A stretch of 64,000 nucleotides of DNA from positions 561,284 through 625,283 of the forward strand of contig JBBIRK010000001.1 in assembly GCA_037441845.1 (NCBI GenBank). Direction: 5' to 3'. Both the position numbers and the translations under genes were made by a program. The DNA comes from Candidatus Zixiibacteriota bacterium. Lineage in GTDB: Bacteria; Zixibacteria; MSB-5A5; UBA10806; 4484-95. The notes under the pieces are model-generated. The model worked only from the letters and a program-made list of their open reading frames with translations, was not told the DNA's origin and searched no databases. Shown here one piece after another: positions 10,955 through 19,123 of the stretch; position 1 is the stretch's first letter, and every line of letters starts with the position of its first letter.

Positions 10955-10964
10955 AGTCGAAGAC

Positions 10965-11038
10965 GGCGGCGTAGCTCAGCTGGTCAGAGCAGAGGAATCA
11001 TAATCCTCGTGTCCGGGGTTCGAGTCCCTGCGCCGCTA
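10965..11038 (+). tRNA. tRNA with CAU anticodon (probably elongator Met; CCA not encoded)
   Basis: Acceptor GGCGGCG/CGCCGCT+A, D arm GCTC/GAGC, anticodon stem GAGGA/TCCTC with loop ATCATAA, T arm CGGGG-TTCGAGT-CCCTG; paired 1:72 and no GGG/CCC anticodon stem, so not initiator. Confidence 0.95.
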
Positions 11039-11301
11039 ATTTTTTCGTCACGCCATCTACCGGAATATTCCCAAATTCCGCATAATTTCACGGCACAATG
11101 AATAAAGGATCAGCGGTCTGGGAAGCTATTATCGCTTAGATTGAAACAGCTGGACTCCATCGTTTGGGATTGAGCGTAAGATCAATTTTATAATCTCCTT
11201 TCACGCAATGCATGCCCGAAAATAATCGGTCGCGATCATCAAAGATATGCTTGAAACGGATTTCGGTTTACTTTAAGAGATTATATTGTCCATTATTGTT
11301 C

Positions 11302-11329
11302 TTGACAAAATACCCTTGTCGGTTAAATT
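11302..11329 (+). promoter_or_regulatory. Sigma70-type promoter for the island operon
   Basis: TTGACA-16 nt-TAAATT; AGGAGG RBS before ATG 11425. Confidence 0.5.
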
Positions 11330-11424
11330 ATTATTGATACGATTTCACATACGGCCGGAAGCTCCCAATCCTATTCGGACCGATTTAAATATCAGCCAAA
11401 TATAAACTAATTCCAGGAGGTACC

Positions 11425-13488
11425 ATGAGTTTACAAGTAAGGCTCGGCACGGGCGTGATTTCTTTATTATTATTTTTCACGCCGATCCGGGCGGCTGAAC
11501 CGAGAATAAATATCGAGGGAGCCGAAACTAATAACGACAGCGTCTCCATCACCTCGGTCATTGAACGCACTATCACCTATCAAGGGATACTTAAGACCAG
11601 CACGGGCACGCCGGTGCCCGATGACACCTATGACCTTACATTCAGGATTTACAAACAAGCAGCAGGCGGTGCCGCGTTATGGACAAGCCCGAGCATCCCG
11701 ATAACCACGGCTGCCGGCCTGTTCTCCGCCCTGTTGGGACCGATATCTCTTCCTTTTGATACCACTTATTATATTTCCATTCAGGTGGCTGGCGATGTTG
11801 AGATGTCGCGGCAGAAGCTGACCATGGCACCGTATTCAGCCGCATCCGATACCGCCAATTATGCGCTGAATGCGGATAGACTCGATGGTCAGCACGCAGG
11901 CGCCTTCGCCGTGGTCGGACACACGCACGTAATCACATCCGCAGATATCCAGAACGGCACGATTCAGTTTATCGACATCGGTCAAAACGGGGCGGCGATC
12001 GGTCAGGTTATGAAATGGAACGGCACGGCTTGGACCGCACAGAACGATTCGGTCGGTTCGGGAGGCGACAATGATTGGGTATTCCGCATCACCGATACCG
12101 CCGATACGACGCTTACAAGCGGCGGAAGATGGGGGTTGGCTCGAAGCGGAAATGTGCTATATGGCAACGCCGACTCGACTCATATCAATCTGGGGGTTGC
12201 CTGCACGACCGGGCTGAGCGGGCAAAATTACAAGTATTGTGTTGTAGGCGGAGGTTATGCCAACACTGCCAATGGAAATTATTCTACTATTGGCGGTGGA
12301 TTATCCAACAACGCGGGCTTGCCTTATTCGGCGATCATCGGCGGATATTTCAATAATGCCGGCTCATCAGCTTCGACCATCGGCGGAGGTTATTCTAACA
12401 CTACCAGCTTGCCTTATGCGGTGATTGGCGGCGGTTATTCCAACACCGCCAGCGGATATTATTCGTCGATTACCGGCGGCCGGGAAAACACTGCCGGCGG
12501 ATATTATTCGGCGATAGGCGGCGGCTACCAAGATACCGTGATTGCGATCTATGGAGGCGTGTTCAGCGGCTACTCCAATTTGGCTGGCGATGCTTCCTCC
12601 GATACGGCAGCTTTTGTCGGCGGGGGGTACGATAATTCGGCCATCGCCAAATATGCGGCAATTAGCGGAGGTTATTCCAACACTGCCAGCGGATATTATT
12701 CAGCGATAGGCGGCGGATGGAATAACACAGCGAACATTTGGGGAGCTGCTATTTGTGGTGGTAGTTTTAATACCTCCAGCGGATATTTTTCGGTGATCGG
12801 CGGCGGGGAATCAAACATTGCCAGCGGATACGGTTCTGCGATTGGCGGCGGGGCTTTCAACACTGCCAGCGGCGACTATTCGGCGATAGGCGGCGGTGAT
12901 AATAATGTCGTGGGCGGAGCTTTTTCGGCCGTTGTCGGCGGAGTTAATGATACCTTGACAAGTCTAGCCGACTATTCTATGGCCTTCGGCCATACGGTTT
13001 ATCTCAACACACCCCTCCGGGTGGCCTTTTTTTCTCCGACCATCTTTTCCGGTGCCCTCGGGGTCAACCGTGACGACCGCAGCGGCGGAATAAATTACCC
13101 CGTCCATGTAGGCACTTATAACGGAAACGGCAACGGCGCCTATCTTTCGGGCGGCGGCGTCTGGACCAACGGTTCGTCGCGCACTTTCAAAGAAAACTTC
13201 ACCCCGTTCGACGGCAACGATTTGCTCCGTAAAATCTCGACTTTATCGGTAACCACCTATAATTTCAAGGGGAGCACCGAGAAACATGTCGGTCCGGTGG
13301 CCGAGGAATTCGTGCAGGCGTTCGACACCGGCGTCATCAGGGAATCCGATGGCAAGCGCGATGACATGTATTTGTCGGCGGGCGATGTCGCCGGAGTGGC
13401 ATTGGCGGGAGTGCAAGAATTATTGAAAAGGATCGAAATGCTCGAAAAAGAAATCGCCGAACTTAAAACTCAGAAAAATGCGAGGTAA
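11425..13488 (+). CDS. Exported fibre-like protein with Gly-rich 14-residue repeats and a C-terminal S74-type intramolecular chaperone
   Basis: Signal peptide; ITYQGIL...TYDLTFRIY...GG..LW N-domain; APYS...A..AD.LDG neck; tandem IGGGxxNTASGxYSx repeats; SSRTFKEN...HVGPVAEE and a terminal coiled coil. Confidence 0.8.
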   Translation: MSLQVRLGTGVISLLLFFTPIRAAEPRINIEGAETNNDSVSITSVIERTITYQGILKTSTGTPVPDDTYDLTFRIYKQAAGGAALWTSPSIPITTAAGLFSALLGPISLPFDTTYYISIQVAGDVEMSRQKLTMAPYSAASDTANYALNADRLDGQHAGAFAVVGHTHVITSADIQNGTIQFIDIGQNGAAIGQVMKWNGTAWTAQNDSVGSGGDNDWVFRITDTADTTLTSGGRWGLARSGNVLYGNADSTHINLGVACTTGLSGQNYKYCVVGGGYANTANGNYSTIGGGLSNNAGLPYSAIIGGYFNNAGSSASTIGGGYSNTTSLPYAVIGGGYSNTASGYYSSITGGRENTAGGYYSAIGGGYQDTVIAIYGGVFSGYSNLAGDASSDTAAFVGGGYDNSAIAKYAAISGGYSNTASGYYSAIGGGWNNTANIWGAAICGGSFNTSSGYFSVIGGGESNIASGYGSAIGGGAFNTASGDYSAIGGGDNNVVGGAFSAVVGGVNDTLTSLADYSMAFGHTVYLNTPLRVAFFSPTIFSGALGVNRDDRSGGINYPVHVGTYNGNGNGAYLSGGGVWTNGSSRTFKENFTPFDGNDLLRKISTLSVTTYNFKGSTEKHVGPVAEEFVQAFDTGVIRESDGKRDDMYLSAGDVAGVALAGVQELLKRIEMLEKEIAELKTQKNAR
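12240..12950 (+). repeat. Coding tandem repeat, about 42-nt period
   Basis: Recurring ggcggcgg...aacac(t/c)gccagcgga...tattc units; boundaries approximate. Confidence 0.75.
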
Positions 13489-13490
13489 CC

Positions 13491-14015
13491 ATGTGCGGCA
13501 GAACCATATGTGTTTGGGCGGCATTGACCTCGATATGTTTATCCCAGACTTATCGGATCGATTGGCATGTGATCGGCTCCGGCGGCGGGCATGCCGCATC
13601 GGGAAGCTATCAAATCGACGCCACCATCGGGCAACCGGTAGTCGGGCAGGTGTCCTCGAGCAACTACCTAATAGAGGCCGGATTCTGGGTTGGAGTTACG
13701 GCCGGTTCGCCCTGCGTGTATGTAATCGGCGATATCAACGGCGACGGAAATCGTATCGGCGGCGATGTGACCTATGGAGTGCGCTATTTCAAGGGCATTG
13801 GGGGTCCGCCACCGGATAGCTGCTATATGGATTCCACAGGCGCTTATCTGTATGTCGCCGGCGATGTGAATGGCAACTGCGAGTTCAGGGGATCCGACAT
13901 CACTCGATTGGTGGCATACTTTAAGGGTAGTGCGGCTTTGGCTTGTTGTCACTTCTTCCCGACTCCGTTGCCGCCGATATGGAGGCAGAATATAAAGACA
14001 TCGATGCCTGAATGA
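13491..14015 (+). CDS. Small exported protein: short Gly-rich beta domain plus dockerin-like C-terminal domain
   Basis: GAGG RBS; signal peptide; QTYRIDWHVIGSGGG...ATIGQP...IEAGFW; two GDxNGxx EF-hand-like loops. Confidence 0.82.
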   Translation: MCGRTICVWAALTSICLSQTYRIDWHVIGSGGGHAASGSYQIDATIGQPVVGQVSSSNYLIEAGFWVGVTAGSPCVYVIGDINGDGNRIGGDVTYGVRYFKGIGGPPPDSCYMDSTGAYLYVAGDVNGNCEFRGSDITRLVAYFKGSAALACCHFFPTPLPPIWRQNIKTSMPE

Positions 14016-14043
14016 AGTAAGCGGATAGCAGCGCAATTCGCTG

Positions 14044-14098
14044 AGCGGCGTGAAGGCTAAGTCCTCGTGTCCGGGGTCCGAGTCCCAGCGCCGCTAAT
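14044..14098 (+). repeat. Degenerate copy of the tRNA 3' end (attR-like direct repeat / tRNA remnant)
   Basis: 14062-14098 matches 11004-11040 at 35/37 nt; 14044-14051 AGCGGCGT matches the tRNA 5' end GGCGGCGT at 7/8. Confidence 0.85.
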
Positions 14099-14200
14099 GC
14101 GAACGCCGACATAAAAACCACCCGGTTCCACAAATATATCTTCTATCATATCCCAGTGGGTAAGCGGCGGTAATAGAATGATGTATCCGAAAAAACCGGA

Positions 14201-15199
14201 TTACAGATATTCGCTATCGCAATCGCCGTCGACGAAATGAATATTCCCGCCGTCGGCCAGGCGGTCGATTTGGCCGGGAGGACCGAATACGGTGAATTTC
14301 GGCGTATCCCTCAACTCGATAAACCCGTTTTGTTTCATCGCTTGCCTTAGGGGCTTCAGGGTCGCCCACATGTATATTTTGTTGAATCCCGATTTTTTGA
14401 GATATCTTTTCATGACTTTCAGCGTCTTTGAGGGCTCTTTCGGGTTTTGGTAATCCCATAGGATATCCACCACGTAGGCGCTGTAACCCTCTCCGCGGGC
14501 TACGAAAAGCGAGACCGGACGTCCCTGCTCGAATATGAAAGCCGGTTGATATTTTTTGAAAGGGTGGCTCAAATAACGCCAATTCATGTATGACTTGTCC
14601 CTTATAGAGATGCCCGGATATTTCGGTGAAATTTCCGCCCAAAAACGATCGAATTCATCATCGAATCGGTCTATCGGCCGGACTTCCTGACCTTTTACCG
14701 TCAAACCGTCGATAAAGGCAGGCTTTCCGCGGTAAATTTTCGCTTTGGCCGCCAACCAGGCGATCGGGGCGAGCATGCAAAACATATAATTATTGGGAAT
14801 GACATCCCTGAACCCGAATTTCAACCGCAATCGATACATCCCCGGGTTGGTCCCCTTGGCATAAATTATAGGAAGCGATTCGGCATTCAGTCGGGTGAGT
14901 GTTTCCATAATGCCGCGTCGACGATAATCGGGATGAACCATGGAATCCGAAGCGTAATATGCCTCGAGCCGCCTGCCTTCGATAAGTATCGGGAACGGTA
15001 GATGGGAAGATGCGCCCGCAATACGCCGGTCATGTTCGGCCACGAGTATCCGATTCGACTCTCGCCGCGGGTGCTCAAAATACTGCCAGCGGTATCGCTT
15101 TTCGAATCTGTCGATTTCGCCGTAGGTTGCTTGGAACAAAGCTACTATACCGGCGAAATTTTCGCGTTGAAAGTCGAACGGTCTGTATTGGATTTCCAT
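14201..15199 (-). CDS. GNAT family N-acetyltransferase
   Basis: DSMVHPDYRRRGIM acetyl-CoA motif; YRWQYFEHP and YMNWRYLSHP duplicated elements; start taken as MEIQYRPF. Confidence 0.8.
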   Translation of the reverse strand: MEIQYRPFDFQRENFAGIVALFQATYGEIDRFEKRYRWQYFEHPRRESNRILVAEHDRRIAGASSHLPFPILIEGRRLEAYYASDSMVHPDYRRRGIMETLTRLNAESLPIIYAKGTNPGMYRLRLKFGFRDVIPNNYMFCMLAPIAWLAAKAKIYRGKPAFIDGLTVKGQEVRPIDRFDDEFDRFWAEISPKYPGISIRDKSYMNWRYLSHPFKKYQPAFIFEQGRPVSLFVARGEGYSAYVVDILWDYQNPKEPSKTLKVMKRYLKKSGFNKIYMWATLKPLRQAMKQNGFIELRDTPKFTVFGPPGQIDRLADGGNIHFVDGDCDSEYL

Positions 15200-15366
15200 A
15201 ACTCGCGCCAATATACGAATTATCCCCCTGTAAGACAAGATTTATGACGCCGCGGCCCTGCCGGCTGAATGAAGACGGGCCGGTAAGGGGAATTTTTTCG
15301 GGAAAGGGAAGGCAGGCAAAAAAATAAATTGCTATCGGCCCCCAAATCCAATTATCTTATCTTCAG

Positions 15367-16176
15367 ATGGAGCCAAAAGACCGCCAAAAGACTAAAGATC
15401 TATATTTCAAGCTTAAGGAAATTATTGATTCCATCCCGGGCATAAGCGACGAGATACGCTCAGCCCTTCGCTTTTACAAAGTCAGCAACTCGAGCGCCAT
15501 CGAGACAAACTACATCGACCCGATTTTTTTGCGCACCGCCTTATATAACGGCAACGATCACGGCAAACGAATAATATCGCCGGTCTATCGCAAAGCGTTT
15601 CTCGAGGCTCAGGCACACGATCGGATGTTGCGGTCGATGGAAAAAGACGCGGCCGACAAAGCCGAACTGAGTGTCTCGCTTCTATTGTCTTGGCACCGCA
15701 CGCTTTTCGAACAAAGTTGGCCGGATATCGCCGGCAAATTCCGCGATATCGACGTCCGCATAAGGGGATCGAGCCATCGCCCTCCGCACCCATCGAAAGT
15801 GGGCGAGCTGGTGTATCAGCATCTGGCTTGGCTGGACGGCTTGATGAAACTGCTCGGGCCGGTGACGCCAGCCACCTTTTTTGAAATCCTGCATGTCTCG
15901 GCCGATGCCCACTACCGCCTGACCTGGACCTATCCTTTTCACGACGGCAACGGCCGGATAGCCCGCGCGGTCGGCAACTATATCCTGCTCTACGCCGGGA
16001 TGCCCTACAACACCATCACGTTCGATCGCCGCGAGGAATATTTCAAAGCAATCGAGAAATCCACCCTGTCCGATTTTTCGCCGCTGGAGAAATTCCTGTT
16101 CGACTGCTACAGGCTGACTCTCGAAAAGATCAGCGGCTTCGTCTATCTGGTAAAACAAACGGCCCAGCCGACCTGA
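15367..16176 (+). CDS. Fic-domain protein with non-canonical motif
   Basis: AGKFRDIDVRI flap; AHYRLTWTYPFHDGNGRIAR (canonical HPFxDGNGRxxR). Confidence 0.88.
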   Translation: MEPKDRQKTKDLYFKLKEIIDSIPGISDEIRSALRFYKVSNSSAIETNYIDPIFLRTALYNGNDHGKRIISPVYRKAFLEAQAHDRMLRSMEKDAADKAELSVSLLLSWHRTLFEQSWPDIAGKFRDIDVRIRGSSHRPPHPSKVGELVYQHLAWLDGLMKLLGPVTPATFFEILHVSADAHYRLTWTYPFHDGNGRIARAVGNYILLYAGMPYNTITFDRREEYFKAIEKSTLSDFSPLEKFLFDCYRLTLEKISGFVYLVKQTAQPT

Positions 16177-16455
16177 ACCGACCATCCAAACACCGAATTC
16201 GGTAACCACCCGTCCCAATAAAACTTCCGACTCCTCGAAGTAATAAACGGGATTTTCGCTTTGAACAATTGACGCTTAATCGCCCTTTCGGGGATCAAAT
16301 CGTGGTTTCCGGAAAAGGCTGCGACGCGCGCTTTTATTAAATGTGGTTATTCCACCGGGGAATAAGTGAAATGGGAGTAACAGAATATCGAATCGATCAA
16401 CGAATCGGTCTTTCCGTTCCCCAATTAAAACATATAGGAGGAGGATCAGCCGGCG

Positions 16456-16794
16456 CTATTGACCGGCATAGTCACTGGCAAGCGAATCGGCAAACCAAGC
16501 AAAAGTCGAATCTTGGACGATCTTGGCGAGATAGCGAAATTGCTTTATGGGCAAATTATGATATCCGGGGATTTGCATCCCGAACATGAGATCATAATAA
16601 TTTATTCCCCCAGGCCGTCGCCGGAGAACTTTGTATTTTTCTAAAGTCGTTGCGGCTCCCCGAATAAGTATCGAGCACCTTTCATCGTGACTGACCTGAT
16701 AATAATCATAAAGACCGAATAAGGCGGTCATGAAGCCATTCAATACATGATTGGGCGGATTGAACGGGTAGTCCCCGGATCTGTAAAGTTTACC
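16456..16794 (-). pseudogene. C-terminal remnant of a D-glucuronyl C5-epimerase-like gene
   Basis: Frame reads GKLYRSGDYPFNPPNHVLNGFMTALFGLYDYY...YYDL...YHNL..KQF..L; in-frame TAA at 16795-16797 and no plausible start upstream of the motif. Confidence 0.6.
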
Positions 16795-16872
16795 TTATCG
16801 GGCCAATGATATACACGAAAAACGCCCGCAAGAAATGGGAAAATCAAATTATTTATAATTTCGTTGAATTAA

Positions 16873-17841
16873 CTATCGACTGTCGAGCACAAAATGAAAA
16901 ATCAGCGGAGCCACGATCGAGGCATCGGATTCAATAATAAATCGAGGCGTGGTGCTGTCCAGCTTGCCCCAAGTGATTTTCTCGTTGGGAACCGCTCCGC
17001 TGTAAGAACCATAGGAGGTTGTGCTGTCGGATATTTGGCAGAAATACCCCCAGAACCGGCACTCTCGGCGTAAATCCTGACTTATGAGCGGAACCACGCA
17101 TATCGGGAAATCGCCGGCGATCCCGCCGCCTATTTGGAAAAAGCCGACCGGGGTTTCCTGGGCGTTCTCGATATACCAATCAACTAACAGCCCCATTTGG
17201 TCGAGGCCGCTCTTGACGATATTGAAATCGCCGATATTTTTCTTGATGACATTCGAAACGAAAATATTCCCCATGGTGGAATCTTCCCAGCCCGGGGTCC
17301 AGATCGGCATATTCTTTTCGCAGGCGGCCAAAACCCAGCAGTGCTCCGCGGGAATCTCGTAGTATTGTTTCAACACGCCGCTTCGCAATAGCTGATAGAA
17401 ATATTCGTAGGGGAAATATCGTTTGCCTTCCTTATCCGCCTTTTGCCACAACGAAAGCATGTGGTGTTCGATCCTGCGCAAGGCTTCCTCTTCGGGGATA
17501 CAGGTATCGGTAACCCGATTGAGGCCCTGGTTGTATAGCTCTTTTTCCTCGGCGTCGGAAAGGTTGCGATAATTGGGCAGCCTTCGGTAATGGTTATGAG
17601 CCACCAGATTGAAAATGTCCTCCTCGAGATTGGCGCCGGTGGTGCAAATAGCATGGATTTTGTCGCGCCGAATCATCTCCGCAAGCGATATGCCCAGTTC
17701 TCCAGTCGACATCGCCCCGGCCATAGCCAAAAACATTTTACCGCCGCCTTCCAGAAGTTTCACCCAGGCCTGGGCGGCTTCCACCACGACGGCTGCGTTG
17801 AAATGCTTGAAATTGCTCTCCATGAATTCGCGTATTTTCAT
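16873..17841 (-). CDS. Deoxyhypusine synthase-like protein (bacterial, probably polyamine biosynthesis)
   Basis: GAMSTGELG, TGANLEED, NRVTDTCIPEE, GGGIAGDF, SYGSYSGAVPNEKITWGK, ESDASIVAPL; GGAGG RBS. Confidence 0.9.
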   Translation of the reverse strand: MKIREFMESNFKHFNAAVVVEAAQAWVKLLEGGGKMFLAMAGAMSTGELGISLAEMIRRDKIHAICTTGANLEEDIFNLVAHNHYRRLPNYRNLSDAEEKELYNQGLNRVTDTCIPEEEALRRIEHHMLSLWQKADKEGKRYFPYEYFYQLLRSGVLKQYYEIPAEHCWVLAACEKNMPIWTPGWEDSTMGNIFVSNVIKKNIGDFNIVKSGLDQMGLLVDWYIENAQETPVGFFQIGGGIAGDFPICVVPLISQDLRRECRFWGYFCQISDSTTSYGSYSGAVPNEKITWGKLDSTTPRFIIESDASIVAPLIFHFVLDSR

Positions 17842-18112
17842 ATATTACCTCCCTCGTCCGTCCTGCGGCGATATCGGCCGCGATGCCTTTGCCCGGCAAG
17901 AATCCATAAGACAAAATTAAACCTCACCGTGCTATCGACGAGCCGGGATCAGCTCCGTCCATAATAAACATTCCGCTGAATTTTGGCAAGCCGTTAAATC
18001 CGGTTTGAGGTTATCGACACGAGCAGATTCCGATCTGGGGAACAAAATCGAGAGTGGTTTTGTTTAAAAGTTCAGAGGTCATTGAAAAAAGAACTTTGCC
18101 TGGAGTCCGATC

Positions 18113-18913
18113 ATGAGAAATTCTATTTTATTACCGACAATCGCTGTTTTATCGGTTTCGCTGGCGGCGGCAGCGGCGGCAAGACCCAGCTACATCGGCT
18201 ATTCAGGAGCCCCCGGATCGCGGGGCACCTGCAGCATATCCTGCCATCATGTTAGAGATTTCGCTCCCTCTATAAGCGTAAGCGGCTTCCCGGAAAACTA
18301 TGTCCCGGAGCAGCAATACGTGATAACCGTCTCCCGCACAACGGGCTCGGCGATAACTCAATTTAACGCCTCGGTAAGGGTAGGCGATGGCTCGATCAAT
18401 GCCGGCACCATAAGCCCCGGCACCGGGACCGCAACCTACAACCATGCCAACGAAACCAACGGAGTCCATTGGTCGAGTCCCAACCGCACCAGCGGCACAT
18501 TCTTATGGACCGCCCCGGCCGCGGGAACCGGTCCGGTCAGGCTTTATCTGGCGGGTCTGCAAGGCTCGCTGTCAAGCGGGGCCGATACGTTGATCACGCT
18601 GGTCGCCAATGAATCGGCCACGGATATCCGCGAAACCGCCGAGATTCCCCATGTATTCGCCGTTCCTGTAAATTATCCCAATCCCTTTAATTCGAGAACA
18701 TCGATCGCATTCCAACTCGAAAAAGACGCCGATATCAAGCTCGAGATCTTCGACATAACCGGCCGTAAAATCGATGTGCTGTATGACGGAACGGCGGCCG
18801 CCGGAAAACATACGTTCGTCTGGAACGCCGCCGATCGACCGTCGGGGATTTATTTTTACCGGCTCTGCGGGGATATCGCTCCCTCGATGGGCAAAATGAT
18901 TTTGTTGAGATAA
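18113..18913 (+). CDS. Secreted Reeler-like (choice-of-anchor V-like) protein with T9SS-type CTD
   Basis: Signal peptide; GYSGAPG..GTCSISCH; FLWTAP..GTGPVRLYLAG; NYPNPFN...SGIYFYRL...KMILLR. Confidence 0.8.
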   Translation: MRNSILLPTIAVLSVSLAAAAAARPSYIGYSGAPGSRGTCSISCHHVRDFAPSISVSGFPENYVPEQQYVITVSRTTGSAITQFNASVRVGDGSINAGTISPGTGTATYNHANETNGVHWSSPNRTSGTFLWTAPAAGTGPVRLYLAGLQGSLSSGADTLITLVANESATDIRETAEIPHVFAVPVNYPNPFNSRTSIAFQLEKDADIKLEIFDITGRKIDVLYDGTAAAGKHTFVWNAADRPSGIYFYRLCGDIAPSMGKMILLR

Positions 18914-19123
18914 CAACCGAATAGCTCGCGATACCCCCTGACGAATGATTTCCGACTTCGCCGGAATCGCCGGTTGTTTTATCGTGGATAAACGTGTCTT
19001 GGCGTCGGCCGTTCGGGCGGCCTGATCAAATTCTGAACAACGCTCGAGGCTAATCAATTCCTATCACAAATTCGCTTGCTTATTGGTGAATATCCCTTAA
19101 TTTACTCTCGGTGGAAAAATAAT

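Noticed and set aside
12240..12950. Periodic repeats considered as a CRISPR array
   Set aside because: Degenerate in-frame 42-nt coding repeats with no unique spacers and no cas genes.
11425..13488. Prophage tail-fibre gene / prophage
   Set aside because: It has a Sec signal peptide, and no capsid, terminase, integrase or other phage genes are nearby.
14044..14098. Second functional tRNA gene
   Set aside because: No D arm or anticodon arm, and the TTC of the T loop is mutated.
18983..18991. Single DnaA-box-like CGTGGATAA
   Set aside because: Isolated 8/9 match with no cluster; compatible with chance.
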